Assembly: GCF_000143415.4 (NCBI RefSeq)
Contig: NW_003314301.1
Location: forward strand, 855,020-919,019
Length of the DNA: 64,000 nt
Direction: 5' to 3'
Source of the DNA: Selaginella moellendorffii
Taxonomy: Eukaryota; Plantae; Lycopodiophyta
The notes under the pieces were generated by a model. The model was given only the letters and a program-made list of their open reading frames with translations. It was not told the DNA's origin and did no database searches. Positions within the stretch are counted from its first letter, which is position 1, and the number at the start of each line of letters is the position of its first letter. Positions 11,397 through 22,960 of this stretch are shown here, piece after piece. A program made the position numbers and the translations under genes.

Positions 11397-12522
11397 TTAC
11401 GTATGGTCAGGCTTCATGAACTTTGCGTGAACCCAGACTCGCTTCATAGGAACTTTAGTTTTGTGATTCACCAGCTTAATGCAGCAGTACTCCAGTTCAA
11501 CCTGGAAAAAGAACAGACAGAATAAAAATAACAAGGAAACAAGCCTCGTTTTACCTCGAGCAGTCCAGCACCCGTAAAGAGATCACGCACGGCTTCGCAC
11601 GAGAAGAAATACGACAAGGTACCATCGAGACGGCGATAGCAATTAGCAGCTACTTTTTGGTCTGCTGGAAATCTCAACATCGTCATGTCATACAAGCCTG
11701 TAAGCTTGCCACTGTGAGTCTTACTTCACGGAGAAATAGCATACCATAATCTCGAAAGAGAAGCATTCCACCGGGTCGGAGTACAGAGCAACATTCTTTG
11801 AGAAGGTTGCTCATTTGATCCAGATCTGCCAGCGCGGAAAGAGCGAAAATCTGAAAAGACAAATCAGTTTTAATTGCAAGACAATTTCAGGCTTACCAGC
11901 GTGATGAAATCTGCTCCTCCTTCGCAGCAGCTTACAAGGGAGCTCTTGATACCAAAGTCAGAGGCTCGACAGGCGTCACAAGCCAGCCACGTCGGAAGTG
12001 CCTCGCAGGAAGGATCGCAAACAAAAGTCCAAAGCCTCGACTTTGCTTGCTCATTCAAAGCTTTCTCTCCCATTTTGTTTGTGAGGCTCACGGCAGCCTC
12101 ACTGAGGTCGCAAGCATACACTCTAGCGGTTGTTGTTGCTCTGGAACAAAATAAGTCCTTCAGTAAGAGGGAATAGCAAACAACATCAAACCTCAATGGC
12201 CGAACTTCCAGCTCCACATCCAACCTCCAGAACAGTGAAGTCTTGATTAGATCTTCCAAGCTCAGGGAACTCTTTGAGAAGATACCTACGTTCCTGCAAT
12301 GTGGAAAGCCCGTAAGGCAACAGTGCAGTGCTGATGCTTACTTTAAAGAAGAAGCCTTGAGAGTGTCGGCTGTGAAACTTCTCCCATGCCAAGGCTGCAG
12401 TACAGGCATGCTCGCTAGAAATCACCTCGTCTTCTACGCGAGCCAAATCCTAGCCAAAGAGAACAAGCCATTGATCAGTAAAAGGAAACAATATAATGTA
12501 AGCCCAACCTGTGCGCTCTCCA
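11397..12522 (-). pseudogene. METTL6-like methyltransferase, 5'-truncated and frameshifted copy
   Basis: Near-identical to 39057-40254, but lacks the first ~20 codons and has an 8-nt deletion near 12195. Confidence 0.85.
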
Positions 12523-13184
12523 CACTAATTATAGTAATATAACATATGGACCATTCATTTAGGATTAAATTTGGTTCATCCATTCTTATATATAAGTAGG
12601 GGTGTAAACCCCAATTAAGATACATAATTTTATATCTCAAGCACTCACAACTTGAACAATTATATATTATAGCTCAGAACTAATAGTTTAATTTGCAACC
12701 ATACTAAATAAATGTGATTGTAAAGAAAAAGAAAATTATAAAGCTTGTCTCTTAAACAATATTTATTTAAATATTTATTTTAGATTTTTTTTAAATTCTA
12801 AAAAATACTTAATGTAATAATTTAATATATTATTTTCAATATATAGTTTTTTAAAAATAAATTATACACTGTATATAAAAGTGAGGTATAATCTTATTAA
12901 TTTCTTACTTAGAAAACATAAAGAATCCAAATATAAAAAATAATTACATATCCTTTCTTACTTAATATAATTAAAATAATAAATAAATTAAATTATGAAA
13001 ATAATTAAAATCAGTGGTATTGTGTTATTTTAATGTTTTTAAGTAAAGTAAAATGTGGTAATATATCTTATGATTATATTTACAGCATATTTTGTTACTT
13101 TTAAGAATTTAAATAAATACAATTTAAAAACTAGCATGCATCCTCATATACACCATTATTTCAAAATTTTATGAAGTCATGCCA

Positions 13185-13338
13185 GATAGAAGGAAGAATG
13201 TAACCATCTTGAAAGTGTTCAACCTGATGGATCCAATGGCACTAGATTATAAAAGCATCTCGACAAAGGTACACATGGTATTCCCTTGAGAGGTCTGGCG
13301 GTTGGTAGCTTAGCTCCAAGATTTGCAGCCATTACACC
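13185..13338 (-). pseudogene. ZIP4: ZIP4 5' fragment interrupted by a retroelement; resumes at 18263-18490
   Basis: Homologous to 1561-1870 and 5800-6190. Confidence 0.7.
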
Positions 13339-16300
13339 TGTTATGATCCGGAGCAAAAAGACAAAGATCTAGTTGCCCAAGACTATGCTACACCACCTCT
13401 TGAGGTTCCTCACCACCCAACCACCCCCGAGCTACCTCAAAAGCTCCACTGCGCCGCCGCTCCATTGTGAGCCCTAGGGTAGGTTAAGTCCCTTACCCTA
13501 ACATGCCTTAATATACCCTTGAGCCTCCCTTTGACCGACGTTGACCACGTAGTCAAAGCTGGCGCCTAACAATTCTTCCCCCCCAACAAAGTCCTTGTCC
13601 CAAGGACGAGTTGTACCGGTGATCACCCTTTCTGGGGAATCCTGCTCAAGCTCCTGGTCCATCTTCCACAGCCGTATACATCAAGGAGGCATTGGGCCCG
13701 TCACTCCGAGATAGTACACCTTTCAACTAGCTGACATAAAATACCGGATGAATTTTCACCCCAACTGGCAGCCGCACTCGATAAGCCGCTTTACCAATGC
13801 GCTCCAGCACTTCATATGGACCAGCATATCGATGGGAAAGTTTATCACTCTTCCCTGTCCGTAAAGGCACCAAGGTGTTCCGCCGCTCACTTGACGGAAA
13901 GATCACTCGCACAAAGACGAGATCACCCATCTTATATTCCCGGAATTGGCGATGCTCATTGGCAAACTTCTCCGCTCTATCCTGAGCTGCTTGCAAATTC
14001 CGTTTGCACACCACCAGAATCTCATCAAGTTCTGTGTCCAGATCAGTTGCCTCGGAATCAAGCTTATCTTGAACGTCCTTACTCAAATGCAATCCCAACT
14101 CCACCGCTGTTCGAGGATGCCTTCCAAACATGGCAAAGTAAGGACTTAGTTTGGTTCCACTGTGTTGGCTATTGTTGTAAGCAAATTGCACCAACGGAAG
14201 ATATAAATCCCACTGTCCTTGCCTTTGACCAATGCTACAACGTAGCATATCCTCCACCACCTGATTCACACGCTCAGTTTGCCCATCCGTCTGAGGATGA
14301 TCTCCACTCGAGAGTTTCAAAGTCACTTGCATAGCCTTTGCAAAGCTTTTCCAAAATCCACTAGTGAACTTTGAATCTCGATCACTAATGATGTTCTCCG
14401 GCAAACCAAAATCAGGAAAAACCTTCTCCAAGTAAACCGCAGCCAAGTCTGAGGCAGTGACAGTCTTCCGAAGAGCCAACAACCGCACATACTTCGTCAA
14501 CCGATCCACTATGACCCATACTTGCTCCTTTTGCCTTTGTGTTCGTGGCAAACAAGTGATGAAGTCCATAGAGATACTACACCAACGGCTCTGAGGAATA
14601 GGTAAAGGTTGCAAAAGTCCCCCCGGCTTCTCCCGTGGCACCTTAACCCGCTGACAAAGCTCGCATGATTTACAATACTTGAGGATATCAGCCTTCATAT
14701 TCCTCCAATAAAAGTTGCGCTTAATCAACTCATACGTCTTCTTCCCCCCAAAATGACCGGCCTCTGGACGATCATGATAGTGGAATAAAACTTGAGTAAT
14801 TAACGCATCCACCCGTGGCAAATAGACACAGCCATTGTAGTAGAGAATCCCATCCACCAATGAGAAAGGAGCTTCCATCTGGTCTCGCAAAGAGGCCACC
14901 TCAGCATCCTGAGCCTGAGCATGCTCAACCAACTGCCCAAACTCGCTGACCACCTTACTCAAATGATGACAAAATCGTGTTCGTAACGTCGTCACATGAC
15001 GAACACGAGATAAAGCATCCGCCACCACATTTGATTTTCCCGGACGATGCTCAATAGGAAACTCCCCAAACTCCATGAGTTTGACCATCCAACGAGCTTG
15101 CCTAGTGTTCAACTCCTTCTGTGTGAAAAGATACACAAGTGGTTTGTGATCTGTCAACACCACGAACACTGCACCATAAAGATAGTGCCGCCACGTCCGC
15201 AAAGCATGAACAATAGAGAGTAACTCTTGCTCATATGTGGAATAGCGTTGCTCCGCGGAATTCAAAGTTCGACTCTCATATGCAATAGGCTGTCCCTCTT
15301 GCATGAGAACTCCTCCCAGTGCATAACCACTCGCATCGCATGTCACCTCGTAAGGTTTCGATGGATCAGCAATGCGAAGCACTGGAGCCTCGATCAACAA
15401 TCGTTTCAGCGCCACAAAACTCTCCTCTTGTGGCGTCTTCCACTCGAATGGCACATTCTTGCGTAACAACCGCGTCAACGGAATAGCCACCTCTGCAAAC
15501 TTATGCTGGAAACGTCGGTAGTAACTAGCCATACCAAGAAAACTGCGCAACTCGGCCACTGTAGTCGGTGTAGGCCAGTTTTCCACCACAGCCACCTTCC
15601 TTGGATCCGTCTTGACACCCTTAGATGTCACAATATGGCCTAGATATTCCACCTCCGACTTTGCAAATTCACATTTGCTCTTCTTCGCATAAAGTTTGCT
15701 GTCTCGAAGTAACGAAAGAACCTTGCGCAAATGCACCCTATGCTCCTCCATATTCTTGCTAAAAACAAGAATATAATCCAAGAAAATCTCCACAAACTCA
15801 TGAAGATAATGCCCAAATACCTCCGTCATCAACCGAGTAAATGTGGCCGGTGCATTCGTCAAACCAAACGGCATAACGGTAAACTCAAAATGTCCAAAGC
15901 TTGTGTTGAATGCCGTCTTGGAGATAGATGCATCATCCATTGCAATCTGATGATATCCACTCCTCAGATCAATCTTGGTAAACACTTGTGCTTCACCAAG
16001 CTTGTCTAGGATATCATCCACACGTGGCATCGGCATCTTGTCCTTCATTGTCTTCTTGTTTAAAGCACGGTAGTCAATACACATCTACATTGAACCGTCC
16101 TTCTTCTTCACAAGCAAGACCGGAGCACCAAACGAAGACTTACTTGGCTGAATAAATCCAAACTCAAGTAACTCCTTGACTTGTCGTTGAACTTCTTGCT
16201 CCTCCGCATAACTTAACCGAAATGGACGCCGGTAAATTGGCCGCGTCCCCGGCTCCAATATAATCCCATGCTCCACACCTCGTAATGGAGGCAATCCATG

Positions 16301-17961
16301 AGGAAGTTCAGATGGAAAAACATCAGAAAACTCATCAAGTACATCCCGTACTGCTGCTTCTCCCCCACACGTGCCTTGGTCCCCCAAGTCACGAACAAAC
16401 AGCAAGTAACTTGAAAGTGCTTTTCCATTACGACAAGCCCGCTTCAAAGATGTAGTAGAGAGCATAACAACTGGTGGTTGAACGCCCTCGCCAAACCACA
16501 CATCTTTAACGCCACCATACTCCAGCGAGATATGCTTAATGCTCCACTTTATCTCTGGATCCACCTTCACCAACCATGGCATCCCAAGAATGAGATCCAC
16601 ACGATGGATATCCGCGAGATAAAAAGTCTCCACAAGTGTGGTTTTGCCAACCAACACTTCCAGCCCCTTGACACAAGCATCGAAATGCTGAGCAAAGGTA
16701 GCTGCACCTTCCACTGTGTATGGAACAACTCCACGTGTGTTCAGGCGATGCTCCGCAACAAACTTTGCCGAAACAAAGTTGTCATCACTCCCACTATCCA
16801 GTAAAATCCGCACTGGATCGCCACGGAACACGCCCTCCAGCATTAAAGCTGATTCACGCGTATCCTCGAGCTCCATCTTGTTCCACACACAGTTGAGTTG
16901 ACGAGCAACGATCGAAAGTCTCTTCCTCCGACCGGAATGGTCGTTCTCGTCATCCTCACGCTGTAAAGCTTGCAACTTTTTAGTATCTGACTTACCGTGA
17001 GAAGATGATTGGCCATTCTTCTTGTCCTGCTGCTTGTTCTTCAACTGCGGACAATCAGCCTTGTAGTGTCCAAGTTCGCCGCAATGATGACAACCCTGTC
17101 TATAATTCTTCACAAAGAACTTCTGCTTCTTGGACCCCTTTGCATCTGAAGTAGTCACCACCGACTTCAACTTGTGATGCTTGTTCCCCTCCTTGTGTCC
17201 ACGGCGATCATCACGACGATTCTCGACAGAAGGACTCCGCGAACGCTTGCGAGACTTGTGCTTGTCATTGTCAAGGCGACGAGCCACATCAAAGAGCTCC
17301 TCCAAACTCTTTGTAGGCTGAGAATGACGCAAGTGTTGCCGCATACTCTCACTATGGAGGCCATCAATGAAGTAGGACTTGTTCTGATCTGGATCCTTCG
17401 TTGGAACACGACTAATCAAGCGAGTAAGCTTCTCAATATAGTCCCCGAGCGTCATTTTCCCTTGCTGGAAATGGCGAAGTTCTGTACGAGCATTCTCCAC
17501 GTCGTAATGAGGGGCAAAACGTAAACGAAAAGTAGCCTCAAACTCATCCATGGTAAACACCGGTGGTTTCTTATCCGCAACACGGGACTCCTCAAGCCAA
17601 TTCCACCATCGAAGACCCGCATCACGCAAAACCATCGGAATAGCCACTAAAGCCTCTGCATCTAGAGTTCCTCTAGCAGCCAAGAACTTCTTCACATTGG
17701 CTAGCCAAGCGAGACACTCGTCCACACCACCATCACCGGAAAAGGTTGGAATCTTGAGTCGATCTACCAAAGAAGGCTTACTTGGAGCGCTACCCCGTCC
17801 AGCCTCGAGTGCCTCAACACGCCCACGCATGGTATCCATCATGCCATGCATCTCGTCTTGCATCTCTTGCTGATTTTTATTAAGGGCTCGCAGCTCATGA
17901 ACCACATCTTGAATGGTCCAAATCTCTGCAGCTTCGTCGGCACCATTGTCGGCACCACCTC
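13339..17961 (-). mobile_element. Ty3/gypsy LTR retrotransposon, 5'-truncated; 3' LTR 13339-13571, gag-pol ~13727-17960
   Basis: Zn knuckle CHHCGELGHYKADC, protease LLDSGS, RT (YxDD mutated to FLDY), RNase H, integrase HHCC/DDE/GPY. In-frame stop at 16085. PPT GGGGGGGAAGAAT precedes the TG..CA LTR. No chromodomain. Confidence 0.95.
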
Positions 17962-18262
17962 GGATCCTAACATTGGTATCGGAGCCCAGTTCGATTCTTG
18001 TGGCTGACGAGTGGGGCAGGAATATTCTGAAGGAATATTCAACATGGTGGATCTAGAGGGAGAACCAAAGTTTGGTAAACCCTAAGAGAAGGACCATGGT
18101 GACCGGATGGTGGCCTAAGTATGATCGCGGACAATCATTCCCTGATGAAAGGGAGGATTGTTAGGCACCAGGTCAGGATAATAGGATAAAGAAAGGGCAC
18201 TACAATCAAGTGATCACCCCTTTAGCCAGTTGGCTTAGGGTGTAAGGGATAAGATCCTAACA
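17962..18262 (+). mobile_element. TRIM-like miniature LTR element: LTR end remnant, PBS, ~185-bp internal region, PPT, 104-bp LTR (18159-18262)
   Basis: GGATCCTAACA|TTGGTATCGGAGCC (tRNA-iMet PBS), then AAAGGGAGGAT|TGTTAGGCACCAG...AGATCCTAACA. Confidence 0.75.
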
Positions 18263-18930
18263 GCACCTCTCAAAGCTTAGATTTGACATTCTTGGAGCTC
18301 TTTGGCAATATCAACATTGATTCTCAGAGAAAAAGCCTGCTAGGTGTTCGATCCTTTGCAGCAGATTCACAGTAGCCACATTGCCAATCCCTGGATCACT
18401 ACGCACCTCCGAGATGAGCATCTTGACAGCAAGCTATCCCTCGTCCAGTCCTGCCAAGCCTAGAATAGTTTCCCGCTCAACTTTGAATCGGCAAGATGTA
18501 CACGTGGCCACCCGTAATTGGGTTTTGTCGGTGGAATTAAACATTGCCACGTGTAAGAAGTTTTGATGCGAGAACAAGACTGCCAGTACATGTACAGCCT
18601 GACAGCTAATGCGACCATTAAAAAAGCAATGGATGGTCTCTTGGTGGGACATTGATTTGATCTTCTCTTCTTTTGAAAGGTACGCTTGTTACACGCGACT
18701 AGTCTAAGTCGTGCTTTAGTCTTCTTTTCCTCCGTTTTTAATGGTGTCATCTAAAAAATTAGAAAACGCGCACGCGAGAGAACCCACTTTGCATCATTTT
18801 GTATGTCTGAACTGGCGAGTTTCAGTGCAAGAAAGAAAAGAAAAAGAAACAGCATTTTACCTTGAAAAGGTGTCGAGATTGTCGTCCAAGAATTCACGAG
18901 TCTGTTAAGCAAAATACAGAGCTTGTATCC

Positions 18931-21900
18931 ATGGCCAGCCTCGATCCCACGGGTGTGCTGGGAGCGCTTGTTTCTGAAGCTCTTAAAGAAGTGATTGCGC
19001 TTGCCAAGTCTGCCATTCATTGCAAGAAGAAGTGCAGCGAGTTGGAAGTTTCATTGACCGAAGCATCAGGTCTGCTAGGTGAAATGAAGAGATATTCTGC
19101 TGCCGAGGGCTCTCTGAGCTCCTCACAACTGGATTCCTGGCTGAAAGCCCTCCAAGCCAAGGTTGAAGAGGCTAAACCTCTTGTTCTTGAATGCCAGTCT
19201 CTGCAAAATCCCATTCTAGATGGCGTAAAGAGGTTGGTTGGTTGTGCTTCTCTTGGGATATTTCTGAATTGAGTTTGTGATTTTGTTTCAGGATAACACT
19301 TGCTACCAAGATCGAAGACTGCTCCAAGGCGATCCATGGGCACTTGGCTGCAGCTCCTCGACATCTTGTCGTTGAGCTTTTGTTGAAGAAGCCAAAAGAG
19401 GTGCCCTCTAATGTGGTTCCAAAGGAAGAACAGCATGTGGTTCCTCTGGATGACCACATTTTCGGTATGGAAGAGACGCTAGAGCGGGTTGTATCAAACT
19501 TGCTGGGGTCCCCTGTAAGCAGAAAGTGGATTGGAGTCCATGGAGCAGGAGGTGCTGGAAAAACACTCCTGGCCAAACGAGTATGTGACAACGATCAAGT
19601 CAAGGGGCGTTTCGATCCAGTTTTGTGGCTAACATTCGGTCAGTCGGTTCAGGTACGTTCCTCAAGCGTATAATGTAACATATTGAGCGGCTATGGTTGT
19701 ATCTCCTCAGGTGGAAGCAAAGCAACACGAACTTGCCAAAAAAATCCGACTAGAAGGTGATCAGATCAGCAATGAAACTCTGAGGAGGGGGCTTGTTGGG
19801 AAGAGATGCTTGCTAGTGTTGGATGATGTCTGGAAGTTCATTCATTTGGATCTGTTTGATGTGGTGCAAGAGAATGGAAGCAAGATCTTCATTAGCACTC
19901 GAAAACGTGATGTGCTTGACAGTAGAGGTGCAATCAAAACCGAGATGGGGCTCTTGGGTAAGGAGGACAGCATGAAGTTGTTCGCAGTCCACGCATTCCC
20001 AAACCAAAATCATGCTCAAGTCAGCAAGGCAGTGGTGGAGCAAGTTGTGGAAAAGTGTGGGGGGCTTCCATTGGTCTTGAAGGTAATTGGCAGAAGAATG
20101 GCAGCCACACAAGATTGGGACTATGTTCTGAGCAAACTCAAGGATCAACAACTTATTGCTCTTGATGAGGAACAACAGGTACTGGAGCGACTCAAGCTGG
20201 GTTATGATGCATTGTTGCCCCTTCGCATCCAGCAGCACTTTCTCTTCTTTGCTGCATTTCCAGAAGACTGGCCGATTCGATTTTGGGAGCTGTTCAGGTG
20301 TTGGAAAGGGGAAGGGCTGGTTGCCAACATAGCAGAGGCCACGAATGTTCTAGAAAGGCTCAAGAATCACGCACTTATCACTGAAGAAGACCACTGGCGG
20401 GATTATAAGAGGTACAGGATTCACGATGCGTTGCTGGCTCTTGCTTTGCACATCCTGGAAAAAGAAGTCCCCAAGTGTTATTTCAAGGCTGGGCAGTCGC
20501 AGATGAGGGATGTGGGGGACGCTTTCACGAGTAACTACAGTAGGATTTCACTGTTTGGGTGTGGAATTTCGGAAATCCCTCTGCCCAAGAAGAACAGGGT
20601 CAAAGTTTCCAGCACCACTTGCCTGCTCTTGGATAAAAATCCCCGTCTCACTGCATTCCCAAGCCTCTCTCTTTTCGAAGGCTTGAAGGTTTTGTGCCTG
20701 AGTCACACTGGGCTGATAAGTTTGCCACATAGCATTGGACAGCTGAAGACTCTGGAAACGCTGGATTTGTCTTGGAATGATTCACTCAAAAGCATCCCAG
20801 ATTCACTGGGCAACTTGGCGAATTTATCATATTTGAACCTGGAAAACTGCAGGAAACTCAAGTCTTTCCCTGTGGATGCTTTGCTCAAACTCACCAAGCT
20901 GGTCTACTTAAACGGAAGGGGATGTCGGAGAATGTGGACATGCCACAGGCTGCATCATCGGCTTTTGAAACATCAGAAATGCGTAAACAGAAAGCTTGGA
21001 AGACTCCATCTGGATGGGATGTTTCAGGCATTGACAGAGTTGGCGGTGTTTATTATTCATACAGGGTTGGCTGTGGATCTACCAGCAAGCACAGGCAAAC
21101 TGGCCCATTTGAAACAGTTGGAAATACAGGGTTGGAAACAGGGAATATGTGACAGCTTTCAAGGCTTGCCCGACCTTGAGATTTTGAAACTCTGGGGATT
21201 GGAGCTTCCATTGACCTCAGACTGGGACTGGAGCAGATTTCCGAGGTTGAGAACTTTGGAAGTGAGCTGCTTTGGGAAAAGTGACTTTAAAGTAACCTGC
21301 AGCATGGAGAACTTGCAGGAATTGAAACTCTGGGGATTGGAGTTTCCTTTGCCAGACTGGGACTGGAGTAGATTTCCGAGGTTGAGAACTTTGGAATTGG
21401 AAGTGAGTTGCTTTGGGCAAAGTGACTTTAGAGTAACCTCCACCATGGAGAACTTGCAGGAATTGAAACTCAAGGGATTTCCATTGTCAGACTGGGACTG
21501 GAGCAGATTTCCGAGGTTGAGAACTTTGGAAGTGAGACGCTTTGGGCAAAGTGGCTTTAAAGTAACCTCGAGCATGGAGAACTTGCAAGAATTGCATATT
21601 TGTCACAATGACCACCTTGAAGGGCTTTCTTTCTTAACACGGGAAATGTTTCCCATGCTGGCAACACTCCACCTTTCGGGATGCGAAAAGTTGATTGGGG
21701 TGCCCACCATCTCTCAACTGGCATCACTCAAGGTCCTCAACATCTCCAAATGTCCCTCCTTGAAGGACCTCTCCATCTCGTTCCTTCCAAATCTAGAGCA
21801 TCTTGCTCTAGATTTCTGCAACGATGTGACCACCATCAACATATCCGAGTGCCCATCACTGACAGTTGTTCGAATTGACTCCCTTCACATCCATGCCCAT

Positions 21901-22292
21901 GTTGTTGCATTCGGTGGCAACTTCCCGCGACTTGAACAAATAATCCTTGGTGGATTTGAACAGCTTCCATGGATGCCTTCCCACAGCTGACGCAGCTGGA
22001 AATAAAACGCTGTGGTATTGACCAACTACCAGAATGGTTTGCATCACTCACAACGTTGAGAACTTTGCGATTAACTTATTTGAAGAACTTGGATGGGATA
22101 CCCGATGGTGTTGCAAGGCTTCCTCTGCTAAGGAGGCTTGATCTGGGAGGTTGCAAGAAGATCAACATGTTACCCTCTGCAGATTCTGAGGACAGCTCCT
22201 TCTATCCATCCTTGGAGTACTTATGCTTGAGAAACACATCCGTCTCTCAAGAGCACCTCTCGGAACGCCTTCGAAAAATTGCAAAGTTTTAA
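18931..22292 (+). CDS. RPW8-like NB-ARC-LRR paralogue 2; exons 18931-19232, 19292-19652, 19711-; frameshift near 21969 gives a stop at 21990 (~980 aa)
   Basis: Same motifs and intron positions as 2274-5535. A 16-nt deletion shifts off the last ~100 aa of LRRs (ORF 21969..22292). Confidence 0.85.
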
Positions 22293-22359
22293 TGGGAAGT
22301 TTTTTAGAAGATGAGGACCTCTGCAATAACCAAATCTCAAATTAACCAAGCTTTGGAAC

Positions 22360-22960
22360 AATGCAAAGAGTCCATCTTTCATGATCAGTGTCATGTTGGC
22401 AGTACTCCAGTTCAACCTGGAAAACGAACAGACAGAATCATAGTACCAAAGCAACAAGCCTCGTTTTACCTCGAGCAAACAAACCAGCACCCATAAAGAG
22501 ATCACGCACAGGTTCGCACGAGAATCAAGACGGAGCATCTTCATTTCATACAAACCTGGCCATCTTGAGAGTGCTCCACCGGGTAGATGCCAAGAAGAGC
22601 ATCTCGCTCGCGATCTGACGAAGCCGAGCGTGGTATTCCGCCGAGGAATCCACCGCTGCGCGGCCTGGCGGCTGCTGCTGCTGCTGCTGCTGGATGCTGT
22701 TGGCGATATCCACGCAGGTGTTCCAGATCCGGTAGCTCAGCTTCCAGATTTGCAGCCGCTGCTCCTCGGAGAGCTCGGATTTGAGGCCAAGCACGCATTC
22801 TTGGAGTTCGGAGAAGTCTGCTCGATGTTGCAAACGAGGCGCTCGATTCTCCGCAGCGGATTCACAGTAGCCTCATCCCTGGATCCCTGGATCACTAAGT
22901 ACCTCCGAGATGAGCATCGTGAGAGGAAGCGATCGCCGCGTAGCCCTAGAATATTTTCCC
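22360..22960 (-). pseudogene. ZIP4: P450/METTL6 remnant plus ZIP4 N-terminal fragment (duplicate of 5600-6190)
   Basis: Nearly identical to 5600-6190, with the polyQ tract expanded from Q3 to Q7. Confidence 0.8.

Noticed and set aside
12523-13184. AT-rich segment at the duplication breakpoint as a MITE or Helitron
   Set aside because: No TIRs, TSD or convincing Helitron termini are visible.
16082-16090. Stop between the two gypsy ORFs as programmed readthrough
   Set aside because: It falls inside the RT motif [10 protein letters not shown], and the element also has FLDY in place of the DD catalytic pair. This is mutational decay.
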